Assembly (NCBI RefSeq): GCF_009914755.1
Contig: NC_060936.1
Length of the DNA stretch: 64,000 bases
From: the human T2T-CHM13v2.0 reference genome, Homo sapiens
Direction: 5' to 3' (one strand)
In this document: positions 1 to 33,031 of the stretch, in pieces
Numbering within the stretch: the stretch's first letter is position 1
How the letters are laid out: the number at the start of each line of letters is the position of its first letter
Notes under the pieces: generated by a model
What the model was told of the DNA's origin: nothing
Database searches by the model: none
Seen by the model: the letters and a program-made list of their open reading frames with translations, nothing else
Made by a program: the position numbers and the translations under genes

Positions 1-2180
<2,180 letters not shown>

Positions 2181-2614
2181 ACTGAGTGCTCTGTGAAATG
2201 ATCCATGAGGGCAGGGGTTGTGTTTATCTTGCTTACCACTGTCTCTTCAGCCCTTTGTTTCTTCTATAGTTCAATTCTCATGAATAATATGCCATAAGCA
2301 CCTAAAGTTATTTATTCTCCAAAACTGCTAATAAGAGAAAATGTCAGGGGGTGGGACCTAAAGAAAAGGCAATCCCAGTACCATTTGCTGAATCATCCTT
2401 CTCTTCCTCAATCACTCATGATGCTTCCTTTACCATGTCTTATATTTTTATCTTAAATGAGACAAACTATATTCCAGAAAGAATGCATTTTTCTGTATAT
2501 AAAATTTTTTGAAGTGAATAAAAGATATTCTGTTCCATAGGCCTGTGCATGTATTTTTTAGTCAGTTTCATTGTATTTTAATTTTTGTAGCTTTGTCATA
2601 GTATTTTTTTATAG

Positions 2615-2931
<317 letters not shown>

Positions 2932-3165
2932 TGACCTCAGGTGATCCACCCGCCTCAGCCTCCCAAAGTGCTAGGATTACAGGCATGAGCCATCGCACCT
3001 GGCCAAGACAGGTTTTTCTGGAAGCACCCTAGAAATATCAAGAAAAGCAGAACCTAAAAGCATAAATAAAATTTGTGGATTGTAAAATTAGTCTAATGAA
3101 AGAATGCAGTACTTATAATCAATAAAAGCAAAAAGTAAAGTTGAACTGAAATCACTGCTACTTAC

Positions 3166-3255
3166 CTGTTTCCCTCCATACATCAATAAGCGCATGGACA
3201 GCAAGGAGACAGTAATAGTCAGAAAATTGCAATTCTGTTTTCAAACAGGTTTTCC
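3166..3255 (-). CDS. NAA25: NAA25 exon 13 (90 nt, GKTCLKTELQFSDYYCLLAVHALIDVWRET)
   Basis: Acceptor TTCCCCCATAG, donor CAG|GTAAGT; phase 1 to 1. Confidence 0.96.
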
Positions 3256-4076
3256 CTATGGGGGAAAAAAATCATATCTATTTTAACATTTGTTCAACTA
3301 TTACTGACCCCAAAGGAGTTTTTAAAAGCAGGAAAGTGACAGGAGGGAGAGGAGGAAAAGTAAAAGAAAATTAAGAATAAGATAAGTACCAGGAGAAAAA
3401 TATAAGCCACGATTCAAAGGGTTCAAAAGAAGGTGAGACCACACTCAGCTGGAACAGAAGGTAGGGTTCCAGAGCAGAGGTGGTATCCATGATGGTCCCA
3501 AAGGGAGAGAAGGAAGATTTGAAGGAGGTTGAGGTGAAGAAAAGAACATAAGCCAAGTGCCATGTATAACTAAATTCACAATATGCTCCTGACTTCATCT
3601 AATTCTTTAGACTACAGATAAATACTGACATCTTATAGTCAGACAATTATATGTCTATCACATATATCTAGCAAAGGCCACACCTATCTGAAGATCATCT
3701 ATTTCTAAACTAAATATTTATCTTACAATTTACAATATTCTTTTTGTTCACTTACAGTCTATATATTAAGAATATTTAGGCCTACAAGCAGAAAATGTGA
3801 TAATTATCATAAACTATGCAATCTATATGAGCCCCAATCTAATAAAAAGTTAGCTCATCAGATCAAGAAGAATACAGACAACTGAAAGCCAATCAGAATT
3901 ATTTAAAACTCCAGGCTTAAGAAAGGCTTTACATCATATTACTTAGATGGTCTTCCCAGACAAAATAGTCTCCTTACAAAACTCATTAAAACAGGGTGCT
4001 ACAGGTGCTTAAAAAACTGCCTTCTAAGTCTTAGTGTAGATCAGGGAACTACTGCACATTTTGAATGGTTGCTCAC

Positions 4077-4284
4077 CAAATTCCAGTCCATGCTGGTACC
4101 TTAACATCAATTCTCTGACCACACTCAATTTCTGATTTTTATCCATGGTGTGGTACAAGCCAAGTAACCTCGTCAGCTGCACCACACACAAATGTTGCTG
4201 CAGAGCTCTGATGTCAGCAGGCAGTGCCAGCTTATCCTCTGTTGGTGTCGACAAAGGAACAACTCCAAGTAACTGATTAATAAA
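4077..4284 (-). CDS. NAA25: NAA25 exon 12 (208 nt, FINQLLGVVPLSTPTEDKLALPADIRALQQHLCVVQLTRLLGLYHTMDKNQKLSVVRELMLRYQHGLEF)
   Basis: Acceptor CTTTGCAG, donor TTG|GTGAGC; phase 0 to 1; overlaps ORF 4024..4326. Confidence 0.97.
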
Positions 4285-5010
4285 CTGCAAAGTGGGGAAA
4301 AAAGGAGCAAAGGTCTCAAAACACAACTAGTCTTCAGTAGGCCATAATTAACAGAAATTGAATGGTCTAGAAAAAGACATCAAGAAAAAAAAAACTAAAA
4401 TTCCTTTCATAAACCATTTTCTATCTACCAAAATAGCTAAAACAAAAAAAATTTGTGACAGCACACAACACTGGTGAAGCTCCAATGAAACTGGCACACT
4501 CATTCATTACTGGCCAAAAGTATTTGTCAATACCACGTACTACAGGCAGTGAAAGATTTTTATACTTCTGAAAATGTTCCATAACTTACAGCATATTAAC
4601 ATAATATATATTACAGCAATGAAAACATTAGGAAGACTATAGAAAAGAGCAGATTACCAAAAAATTAAAAAAAAATTAATCTGTAATTATGCTGATAAAT
4701 TCTGAAAGGAAAGGTTATACATGGAAAGATACTGTTTACCTTATGTCAGTGACCCTACATTTTTCTTAATTGAACTTATAATTATAGATTCATACTCAGC
4801 TATGAGAAATGAGATCCCATGTACCATTCATCCAGTTTTCTCCGAATGGTTACATCTTGCCTTAAAATGTTTTTCATCCTTTAAATTTGGATAAAAATTT
4901 AAAAATAAAACCCACATACCAGTTCTAGTTATGTATTTATTAAATACACGCTTATTTCCTCTCACTTCTAAAATCCTATTAAGATGCCAGTAAGGAATAA
5001 AAAAAGAAGA

Positions 5011-5970
<960 letters not shown>

Positions 5971-6814
5971 AAGAATAATACATGAAGAAATGAGAGATGA
6001 CAGCAAATAAAAATCATGAAGATTTCAAAAGATACAAGAACAGGTGGTTAAGTAGTAACTTACGTTGCCAAGAACACTGAAATCTAACAGTATGCAATGA
6101 GGCAGACCCCAATAAGCAGGAAGCGCACTCTAGTCACAGAATCTTGGAAGACTCAGAGACTAAGGGCACCAGGTGTCCCTAAAGGCTAAAGTGCTGATGG
6201 GACTAAAATAGAATATATTAATTTCTAAGAAGTTAGGCCCCTCCAAAAGTTCACAGATGGAATTTCTAAGTGTGAGTAGAACAGCCTGGGTTTTACAGCC
6301 ATAAGGCACTGAACCAGAGACAGAGTCAGAGACAGCAGTCATAGCTGAAAACAGGGGAATAAAGTAAAATTTGCTTATTCAGTGATAATTTCAGGCTCCC
6401 ACCCTATACTCCCAACCATATCGGAGAATGCTATCCGACAAATATGTAAGTTCCTAAACAGATAGTAGCAAACAGGCATTTTGGAATGGAAAGCATTTCT
6501 TACATTGGTGAAGAGAAGGGTAGAGAGAACAAAATCTCATGTTTTATCCTAAGTGTATTGGGGGAAATTGATTTGTTATAAACAACTAATCACCTTACAC
6601 AGAAGGGCACCAATAGGATAAGACTATAACTATAAAAATAAATTATTAAATAAGAAAATAATTTAGAAATATGGAGGAAAATAACAAAAAATTTAGTTGA
6701 AAGTGATTTGCATCTGTTGAGCTGGAACAAAAGGAGTGACTACTGCCTCTCAATATAAGCCTTGCGATACTATTTGACTTTTTCAATTTTATACAGTACA
6801 TGTATTTCTTCTTC

Positions 6815-8585
<1,771 letters not shown>

Positions 8586-9898
8586 TAGAATCATTTTATT
8601 GTTTAGCTAAAACCCCAAAGCAAATGAAACAAAAGATTAGAACATCACCCAGGGCGAGCCACTTCAGGATAACTGAACTCACTGGCTCACTCTTAGGGGC
8701 TAGTCAGACTTTAGAAAGATTTGGTTCATAATTCATTAGGACAATTCTCAGATTGACTTGGACAGTTCGTAATCCTCTGACAAACATACTTGCTGACTGG
8801 CAGGATATTTAGCTACTGAAGTTATCCTACAGTCAAAAAGTGGCAGCAAAATTACCTCTCTCAAGTAAAATTTACATAGACTAGGACTATAAACTCAATG
8901 TAACAGCTTTAAATCCTTATTCTCACAGAGCAGTGACTAGAGCTTATCACTGCTAGCATTCCAGTAAGGGTCATCTGAATAGACGATTCTTACTATGTGG
9001 GATCACATGAGATGACCTAAGATTCTCAAACACACCAATGAAGTAGAGCTGTACAGAAAAGGTTACTGGTACTAGATTCATGGTAGCAAACCTTCATAAA
9101 TCTCATCTAAAAGTAGCAAAGTGTTCCTCTAATGCACCCCCACCATTTGATGCTTCAACTAGCAAGACAATAAGCACTGTAAGACAAGATCAGTTATTCC
9201 TTATCTTAGGGCTTAGCACACAATATGCTCGACACTTACTGAATGAATCCCTCCCACCTGGTTTATCTACATTCTACTTCAATCCCTCCAGTAACGTGAA
9301 GCTCACACACAGTATTTGAGAGAATTCTCACTACTAAGAAAGATATTTTTCTCAGTGAGCCAAATTCTGAGCTCCCTGTAGAACTTCCTGCTGGTCCCTG
9401 TTTTCCTCCCTCTTCTAAAGACAGCTTTTCAAATAAGTGAACGGCAATATCACTCTGACCTTGACAGACCAAACCTCTCCTCCACTCAACCATTTTTCCC
9501 TCTTATATGCTTTTAAATCCTCCTATAACCCATAACTCTCCTTTCTGGATGTGTTACAATTTATCCAGAAACTTCTAGGCTTGGCCTGAGCCCTATAACC
9601 ACAGCAACTCAAACAGAGCTTTACTAAACCAACGTGAATGGCAGCAGTCATTTCAGAACCCCAGAGACCACTGGTTACTTATCAGTTGGGGAATGCACTG
9701 CTCTATCTGCCCAAATGTGTAACCCCAAGTCTGCCAAAGTACTGAACCTTCATGGACTACAAATGTGGTCACTAAAAAAATACTCTAATTATATCCACTG
9801 TGCTCCCAGTGCACTTCATTCATTCCACATGGGGACAATAGAAGGCTTTCTGGGAGAACGGATGATGGCAGCCCTGTTATAGAAAGACTTCCAATCTT

Positions 9899-11545
<1,647 letters not shown>

Positions 11546-11775
11546 TCAAAAAAAGGAGAATCCACCATCTGTTAGGGCTTTACTCCCGTTGTGACTTAAC
11601 CAGAAATTATGCCTTCAGTGTTGTAACACATAGAGTACTTAGCTTGACAGGGCAGTTATCATTGTATCTCATGATTATCAATTCCGCACATTTTAGAAAA
11701 GAAACCCAAACATTTAACCTCTGTGTTTCAACAAATAGAGGCACCCAACAAACTTCTAAACTGTATAGTACTTAC

Positions 11776-11888
11776 TTTTGTACACTGTGTAGCAGGTAAG
11801 AGGTCAACAAACACCTTAAGGTCTGTAAAACAACAAGGTTTATCGCCAAACTTTTTAAAATACTGGAACATTAATTCTTCTGGATCAC
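11776..11888 (-). CDS. NAA25: NAA25 exon 11 (113 nt, GDPEELMFQYFKKFGDKPCCFTDLKVFVDLLPATQCTK)
   Basis: Acceptor CCGTCCCCCAG, donor AAA|GTAAGT; phase 1 to 0. Confidence 0.97.
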
Positions 11889-11999
11889 CTGGGGGACGGG
11901 GAACAAAATCACTTTATTACTCATGAACAGAAGCAATTTCTATTTAAGTGAGAATTAATTTGAAAACATTCATTTCAATTAAAACAAAATTTTGCTTGC

Positions 12000-12104
12000 A
12001 ACTGGTCCCAAGATAGCGGGTTATCTCAACTACTTGTTCAGTTACAGACTGAACTCATTGTTCTACTCTTTCCCCCTTTTCACCACTGCACCTGACTAGT
12101 CTTT
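12000..12104 (+). pseudogene. Y RNA (RNY1/hY1-derived) retropseudogene
   Basis: CTGGTCCCAAGATAGCGGGTTATCTCAA...GTTACAGACTGAACTCATTGTTCTACTCTTTCCCCCTTTTCACCACTGCACCTGACTAGTCTTT aligns to recalled hY1 with a ~6-nt central deletion; followed by an A-rich tail. Confidence 0.88.
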
Positions 12105-12120
12105 AAAAGATAAAAAAATA

Positions 12121-13154
<1,034 letters not shown>

Positions 13155-13454
13155 TTATTGAGCAATAAGATCATAAAGAATCATTTTATAAAAAGATCTA
13201 AGGGCTTCATCAAATTTCCTGAAGGATTCTCTCAATGCTTTACTATCCACATCATTCTTTTCTGCTATCTTGTCATTATCCTAGTAAATTTTCTCTTCAG
13301 TTATAAATTGCTAATTCCACCAAATATTCTTTTGTCAATAGTTTTGTGAGTGCTTCAAGCAGATTTTCAAGAAACCTTTCATCCACTTCATGAAACTTTT
13401 CCCAAACTGGCAATTTTACTTTGAAGTTGATTTTGACTTTATTGTTTTTGACTG

Positions 13455-14527
<1,073 letters not shown>

Positions 14528-14790
14528 GATTTTGACTTTATTGTTGGGTCAGCAACAGAATGCCTGACAAAGACTCTGACGGAACAGGGAGATAAGTTAA
14601 TGTTAAGCCAAGGTGAATATATGATAAAGGACTAATTTTATAAGTGATCCATTCATTAGCAAATATTTTCAGGCTATGAAGACATCTGCTTCCCAAACAT
14701 GACTCTGTCCAGTGTAGATCTCAACTAATGAATATAGCACTTGGGTATTAAGGGCATTCTCCAGGCTTACCAGATATCATGGTTTCTTAC

Positions 14791-14960
14791 CCAGTTTGTA
14801 CTCATCGTTACAACCTTGACTTCGTAAACGCCTAATCAGCTCCAATTTAGCTAGATGTGGTCCTCGGAGATGGCGAGAACTTTTAGATTCTTCCGTTATC
14901 CGATCTTCTATAAACTTCACAGCTTTTTCTGCAGAATAATGTACTTCTCCTTCTAAAGAG
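14791..14960 (-). CDS. NAA25: NAA25 exon 10 (170 nt, HSLEGEVHYSAEKAVKFIEDRITEESKSSRHLRGPHLAKLELIRRLRSQGCNDEYKL)
   Basis: Acceptor TTTTCCTCAG, donor TGG|GTAAGA; phase 2 to 1; overlaps ORF 14777..14974. Confidence 0.97.
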
Positions 14961-15181
14961 CTGAGGAAAAGCACATGAAAAAGGAATTTTATTGCCTCTA
15001 TTGTCCTTCCCGAAGCTTAAAGTCAAGCCAAACTCATTTAAAAAGAGAAAAACGACTTTGATAATATAAAATAATAGAAAAAGGAATAAAAGAGAACTAT
15101 GAACATATTCTAACAGATAACATGTTATAAGATTACTCTCAATTTTGGCATTTGATTACTGCAGCATAACTTACCTTTTTA

Positions 15182-17277
<2,096 letters not shown>

Positions 17278-17572
17278 TTATCTTAGCATAAAGATGGAAA
17301 TAAATCTCACGGAAAGGCACCAAACTATTAACAAGAGTTATTTTTGGAATGGTAGGATAAGTGGAAATTAGCACACCACATATTTTGGCACTAACATGAT
17401 TTTTAGAATGAACTTGTGTATTTTATACTTTAAAAAATATGAAAAAATGTCTTACTTTGAAAGGAATACTTTATTGAGACAGAAAAAGAGAATTCAATTG
17501 GCTTATAATGAAATCCTTTCACTACACTATATTAAAAAGTGCTGTTATAATTCAGGAAAGAAGACAACTTAC

Positions 17573-17662
17573 TGTTCACCTTCAGCAGGAGGACTCCAGG
17601 CCTCTTCAATCAGTCGAAAGACAGAATCGAAATAAGTCAGATAGAACTGCCAGTCATCTGAG
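17573..17662 (-). CDS. NAA25: NAA25 exon 9 (90 nt, NSDDWQFYLTYFDSVFRLIEEAWSPPAEGE)
   Basis: Acceptor ATTTTAG, donor ACA|GTAAGT; phase 2 to 2; overlaps ORF 17569..17811. Confidence 0.97.
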
Positions 17663-18050
17663 CTAAAATCAGATTGAATGATGCACACAGGATTAAACCC
17701 AAGTTGTGACAGATCTTCCTTAGGAACCATGATATTCAATTTATTTTGTAAGTTATATTTTAGTATGTAGTAGGTTGGCTTACCCCCACCCACTCCATGT
17801 TTCCTTTGCAAATCTAAAAGGGCATTTTCAAAGTAATACTACTTTGTATTTGTAAAGAGTAGTAAACTACTCTTTCCTTCAATAAAATGACCAGGTCTAG
17901 AAAACTAATATTCATAACAGAAAAGTCCCCACATAAGCACTTCCAAAATAGAGGGAAGGGGAGAGAAGTGTTGTAGCAAAGAATGAAGCCTCTCTCTTTT
18001 AGGGGAATACTGAATTTGAGAAATTAATGATTTTCAGTGTTCATTCTTAA

Positions 18051-20545
<2,495 letters not shown>

Positions 20546-21085
20546 AAGTATGGGTATAAGAGTATGCACAGCAGAGGTCACAAACTCAAATGCCTTCATA
20601 AGACAGACATACAAATAAAGAAGGAATGTTTGCGGTATCTACAGAGTACAAATCCTGACTAGAGGGGCATTAATTAATTTAAAATTTTTAAAGAAAAATT
20701 TTTTTTAAATAAAAACATTGTGCTAACTGAATAAGATTATTCTATGAGCCAGGTATATTATGTTTTCATTCGTGTTTAAAAAAAAAAGTGGGGAAGATGA
20801 ATCTTTACAAGAATATAAAGTGTAACTGGAGGAAAACCTAGGGGAAGACGGCTAGAGATCTGGAGTATAACCTTTCACACTCCTTGAAGTTTCTGAATCT
20901 GTTATTTTCAAGTAAAAACATTTTTAAAAATAAATTTACAACATACAGAAAAGTCTGGAAGAATATAACAAAATGATCAAAAGTGTTTATGTCTTTATAT
21001 CCTTATGTGGAAATTTTCTACAATAAACATTTTTCATGTTTAAATAGGAAAAAAAAAAAGCTTTAAGAAAATGTTTAAAAATTAC

Positions 21086-21164
21086 CTCCTAATTTCCCTC
21101 TGATGACATCCAAGGCCTCCTGGTACTTTCCCAAACGTTCCAGGATCATATAATAAAGTTCAAC
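21086..21164 (-). CDS. NAA25: NAA25 exon 7 (79 nt, VELYYMILERLGKYQEALDVIRGKLG)
   Basis: Acceptor TTTTTTTTCTGTAAG (AAG type), donor GAG|GTAATT; phase 0 to 1. Confidence 0.96.
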
Positions 21165-21531
21165 CTTACAGAAAAAAAACAAGAAGTGCAACCTCTGAAA
21201 CTTTTCAATAATAAAAAGACAGTCATTTATAGGTTTTTAAAAAGTTATTTAATAGAGCATGTCTTCAAATGAGATGAAACTGACAGTACGAAGCAGGTAA
21301 CAGGATCTTCTCCATCTATATCTCTCCCGTCTATACACATCTCAGCCTAGAGTACTTGCTGGAAACAGGTCAGTGATTAGACCTACGCTGAGGGCTTCAG
21401 ATTTACCCAAAGGCCAAAAGTGAGGACCCAGCTATCAAACTGGAACAAAACAACAGTTCATAGTATTATAACATAATATTGTAGCACTAGCAAAAAAATG
21501 AAAACACAAAAGTAAGGCTTAAAATACTCAC

Positions 21532-21639
21532 TTCAGCCTCAGCTTCTATCTTGTCCTCTTTCACCATTTTTTCGACCATTCTCTCAGCAAGGGGCAGAAA
21601 CATTGTTTTTGAGAGGTTTTCATCCTGTGCCGATATAGA
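21532..21639 (-). CDS. NAA25: NAA25 exon 6 (108 nt, SISAQDENLSKTMFLPLAERMVEKMVKEDKIEAEAE)
   Basis: Acceptor TTCTTTCAG, donor GAA|GTGAGT; phase 0 to 0. Confidence 0.97.
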
Positions 21640-22200
21640 CTGAAAGAAGAAAAATAATGTTTCATTCTAATTCTCCCCTGCTTGCACTATTGATATTAAC
21701 ATTACTGTTAATTGGGCACATAATTATCAATCCACCATGTCAAATATCAGACCTAATATGAATTCCCTGCCAAGGAGGTACATTACGGAGCAGTTTGTTT
21801 TACAAAAGATTTCTTTGCTAAAGATTCATTATCCTATGTGTTCTTGAAATACTGAGCTTCCACAATACAACCTAGCATTTAAGTCGGTTATTTATACATT
21901 TTTCTAGAAGAATGTAAAGAGGGAGCATGCCTATGCTGTTTATTATTTATGAGTATTATCAGGTATTTGAAGAGGAAAGCCTTCCAGGTATCTTTGAGAT
22001 GTTCACATACTAGAAGAGAAATGCCAATTCCTTTCATTACACAGTTTACTAGTAGCTAGTTACCTTAAATTGGTAACAACAATTAACACATGAAATTAAT
22101 AAAGTTAATAACACCAGATTCTGCTCACAGCTCACTTAACCCTTGTAAACAACCTTTCAAGGTAGATATTATGCTTATTTTACAAAGAAACTAAGGTTAG

Positions 22201-23875
22201 GCCAGGCGTGGTGGCTCATGACTGTAAACTTAACACTCCAGGAGGCTGGGGCAGGTGGATCCCTTGAGGCCAGAAATTTTGAGACCAGCCTGGCCAACAT
22301 GGCAAAACCCCCGTCTCTACTGAAAAATAATTTAAAAAATTAGCTAGGTGTGTGTGGTGGTGCATGCTTATAATCCTAGCTACTTGGGAGGCTGAGACAT
22401 GAGAATCGCTTGAACCTAGGAGGTGCAGTAAGCTGAGGTCATGCCACTGCACTCCAGCTTGGACAACAGAAAAAAAAAAAAACTAAGGTTAAGAAATTCC
22501 CCAGACAGCTTTACCAGACATGCGGTAAAGCTAATGTATGAAGGCAGACCTGTCTGACCCCATAACATCTGTTCTTAAACACTACTTTTAAATCCTTCCT
22601 CCCCATCCTCTCCTATACAGAATCTCACTTTGGTCCCTGGGAGAAAAGTGTCTCCTTTCTGCAAAAGAGCAAACTGAGGCTCAGAAAGGAGAAGTGATAA
22701 AAGAAGGCCACCCAGTTCAATGAGCCATTAACTAATCAGCAATATTGTCTTAAAAGCAAACCTCAAGTTGTAATATCAAACATTTCAAGGCTCATGCTTG
22801 ATCAAGCAACCCAGCAATAGATTAGAGATTCAGGGGAAATACAGTCCATGCTACCCACAAATAAACTGATATACCAACTCATAAAGAATACTCAAGGGCC
22901 AGGCGCGGTGGCTCATGCCTGTAATCCCAGCACATTGGGAGGCCGAGGCGGGCGGATCACGAGGTCAGGAGATCGAGACCATCCTGGCTAACATGGTGAA
23001 ACCCCATCTCTACTAAAAATACAAAAAAATTAGCCGGGCATGGTAGCAGATGCTTGTAGTCCCAGCTACTCAGGAGGCTGAGGCAGGAGAATGGCGTAAA
23101 CCTGGGAGGTGGGGCTTGCAGTGAGCTGAGATCGCGTCACTGCACTCCAGCCTGGGTTAGAGCGAGACTCTGTCTCAAAAAAAAAAAAAAAAAAAAAACC
23201 CAAAAAACTCAAAACCCCTAACTTAAGTCAATTGACAACACAAAGTCCCTGTTTGACATGCTGCAACACATTACACAAAATGTTCACAGTCAGATACAGA
23301 GGCTCATGCCTGTAATCCCAGCACTTTGGGAGGCTGAGGCAGAAGGATTGCTTGAGGCCAGGAGTTCAAGACCAGCCTGGTCAAAAGAGTGAGACCCTGT
23401 CTCTACAACATTTTTTTGAGACAGAGTCTCGCTCTATCGCCAGGCTAGAGTGCAGTGACATGATCTCGGCTCACTGAAACCTCCGCCTCCTGGGTTCAAG
23501 CGACCCTCCTGCCTCAGCCTCCAGAGTAGCTGGGATTACAGGCACATGCCACCATGCCCAGCTAATTTTTATATTTTTAGTAGAGATGGGGTTTCACTAT
23601 GTTGGTCAGGATGGTCTCGATTTCCTGACCTCGTGATCCACCCACCTTGGCCTCCCAAAGTGCTGGGATTACAGGCGTGAGCCACCACACCTGACCAAAA
23701 AATAAATTTTTTTTAATTAGCCAGGCAAGGTGGTGTGCACCTGTAGTCCCAGCTACTTGGGAGGTTGAGGTAGAGGGATTGCTTGAGCCTAGGAGGTCAA
23801 GGCAGCAGTGAGCTATGATTGCACCACTGCACTCCTGCCTGGGTGACAGCGTGACCCTGTCTCAAACAAAAAAAA
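22201..23875. mobile_element. Alu cluster incl. Alu within a MIR (22201-22480), AluY (22898-23200) and a minus Alu (23411-23696) nested in a plus Alu
   Basis: Alu motifs; AAACTAAGGTTA TSD around the 22201 copy. Confidence 0.85.
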
Positions 23876-23957
23876 CCAGTTCAGAAGACACACTGAGGAC
23901 AATAACTATATAAAAAATAAAACCAAACCTCAATCCCATTCTGAATGCCATACTCAC

Positions 23958-24032
23958 TTGCATAATTAAGCTCATCACAGACCAAAAGTAGTAGGGATTT
24001 TTGGGGACAATCTTATATAGAGCCATGCCAGC
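23958..24032 (-). CDS. NAA25: NAA25 exon 5 (75 nt, AGMALYKIVPKNPYYFWSVMSLIMQ)
   Basis: Acceptor TCTTTTAG, donor CAA|GTGAGT; phase 0 to 0. Confidence 0.97.
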
Positions 24033-24712
24033 CTAAAAGAGAACCATAAATATTTTATTTAGAAAACACCATACAGAAGGGGATTAATGATCTAGATACA
24101 CGACAAAAAGTTTCTTGGGAGAACAGCAATATATTTACATATCCCAGTTAGTGTAAATTCCTAGTGACTTGATGGCTTTAGCAACAGCAGTAATCACAAA
24201 GGTGAATTTTCATGTTATGAGTGATACTTTACTTTTTGAACCAGAATTTACTAAAATTAAAGTCCAACATTTCCAGAATATGCTGCAATCCAATATAGTT
24301 CTAGGAGACTACAAAGCAAACACAAAATTTGGCTTGTAAGTGTACATCAATAAACTTTACTTAAGATACCATACTAACCAGTTATTAGCAAAAACAAATA
24401 AACATGCCCAGAGAATATACTTAAACTTCAATATCAGAAAAGATTACCATGCCATAATTCAAAAATTCTTCTTAGCTTAGGAAAATAATATGGTTCCTTC
24501 AAGATTCCAATAATTAGAACTGAAATCTTTCATTATGAAATGTATAATATGCAAATACTTAAAAGCAAGAACATGCTTTTAAAAAAGAATAGACCTATTC
24601 AAGCATAATTGAGACTCTATCCATAATTAGCCAACTAGTAATTGATGCTAAAAACTCCATCAGGTAATTTTCATATGTTTTTTAATCTTTTGCCTACTGC
24701 CAATCTAATTCA

Positions 24713-30015
<5,303 letters not shown>

Positions 30016-30583
30016 TCAAATGTGTTCAAATGAGGCTCCTTCAGATGTATGTAAAGAATATCTACAATATGGTAGCTGCCAAATAAGCTGCCTCAAACCA
30101 AAAAACAAAAAACAAAAAATAAATTTAAAAAGAAACATCCCAGGCAACAAGGATTTTCCCCCTGGTGGACTTAAAAATCTTAGCAGGCTATCAACAGTTT
30201 AAATTTACAAATTAGATGTAAACTTTAAAGTTACTCTTTCCATAGTTGTTCATTTTTTGCTCTGGTATATCTGCTCATTTTCTGAAAATTTAACAGCAAT
30301 CTGATGCAGTAGGACAATCTGAAGCTGAATTACCAAAACCAAACAAAACATAACATCAGGCCACAAAAGAACAATCAACTTATTTCCAAATAAAACATTT
30401 AAAGATCTTGAATAATAGTTCAACTTTAAACACATAAGGAAAACAACTGACTGACCTCCACACAGAAAAATCCATAAATTCAATTCTACACACACACATA
30501 CCCAGTGCAGTTAAATCACAAGAAAGAGACTTTTGCCTCTAATAGTAAATCCCATAGCCCAGTAGGTTTGGGGATCAAATTAC

Positions 30584-30702
30584 CTGTTGCATTTTCTTGT
30601 ATTCACCCACTCTGGCATAGGCCATGAAGAGGTGAGAGTGATACTCCTCACTATTGGGAACTTTCTTCACAGCTGCCTCATAAAGTTTTGTAACTAACTC
30701 CG
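30584..30702 (-). CDS. NAA25: NAA25 exon 4 (119 nt, PELVTKLYEAAVKKVPNSEEYHSHLFMAYARVGEYKKMQQ)
   Basis: Acceptor TCTTAG, donor CAG|GTAATT; phase 1 to 0. Confidence 0.97.
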
Positions 30703-31218
30703 CTAAGATAAAGAGAAATAAGATTTAAGTTATACTTCAAGAACATTCTAATGGCATTTAATGTTCTTCCTATTTGGCAGAAATAGATGTCTCCTATCAT
30801 TATAGAAGAAGTATCTGCTTTGCCTCATCCAATCATCATTCATCTCTTGGTTAGGTGGTGTTTAAATGAAGCATGGAATAGGTCAAGCCTTCTCATAGCA
30901 TTTACAACATATAAGACCTTATAGGATCTGGCCTCTGTCTCCTCTTTCCCTCAGCACTTTATCATGTAGCCACAAACTATTTGTAGTTCCACCAGATTCT
31001 CTGGGATGTATCATACATAACTCTATGCCTCTAAACTCTTCGCTCTGCCTGAATTCTCCTTTTCTCTCTTTTATCTTAGTGAACATCAGCCAAGACCCAA
31101 TTCAAATGTAAGCTGAACTGTAAGACTTTCTCTGAACACCATCTCTGCTTCTCCACTGCAATTTGACCACTGCCTCCCTCTGCCATCTTGGAATCTTATA
31201 TAAGTAAGTATATTGTAG

Positions 31219-33031
<1,813 letters not shown>

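Noticed and set aside
8590-9895. Non-Alu island in intron 11 with donor-like GTGAGT at ~8680 (minus) as a cryptic exon
   Set aside because: I could not pair it with a convincing acceptor or ORF; it may be an old unrecognised repeat
21280-21470. Possible intronic H/ACA snoRNA in intron 6
   Set aside because: Only one hairpin is evident; no properly placed H (ANANNA) and ACA boxes or second hairpin on the host strand
22507-22532. 9-bp perfect inverted repeat AGCTTTACC...GGTAAAGCT
   Set aside because: Short, inside a degraded MIR; plausible by chance in 64 kb
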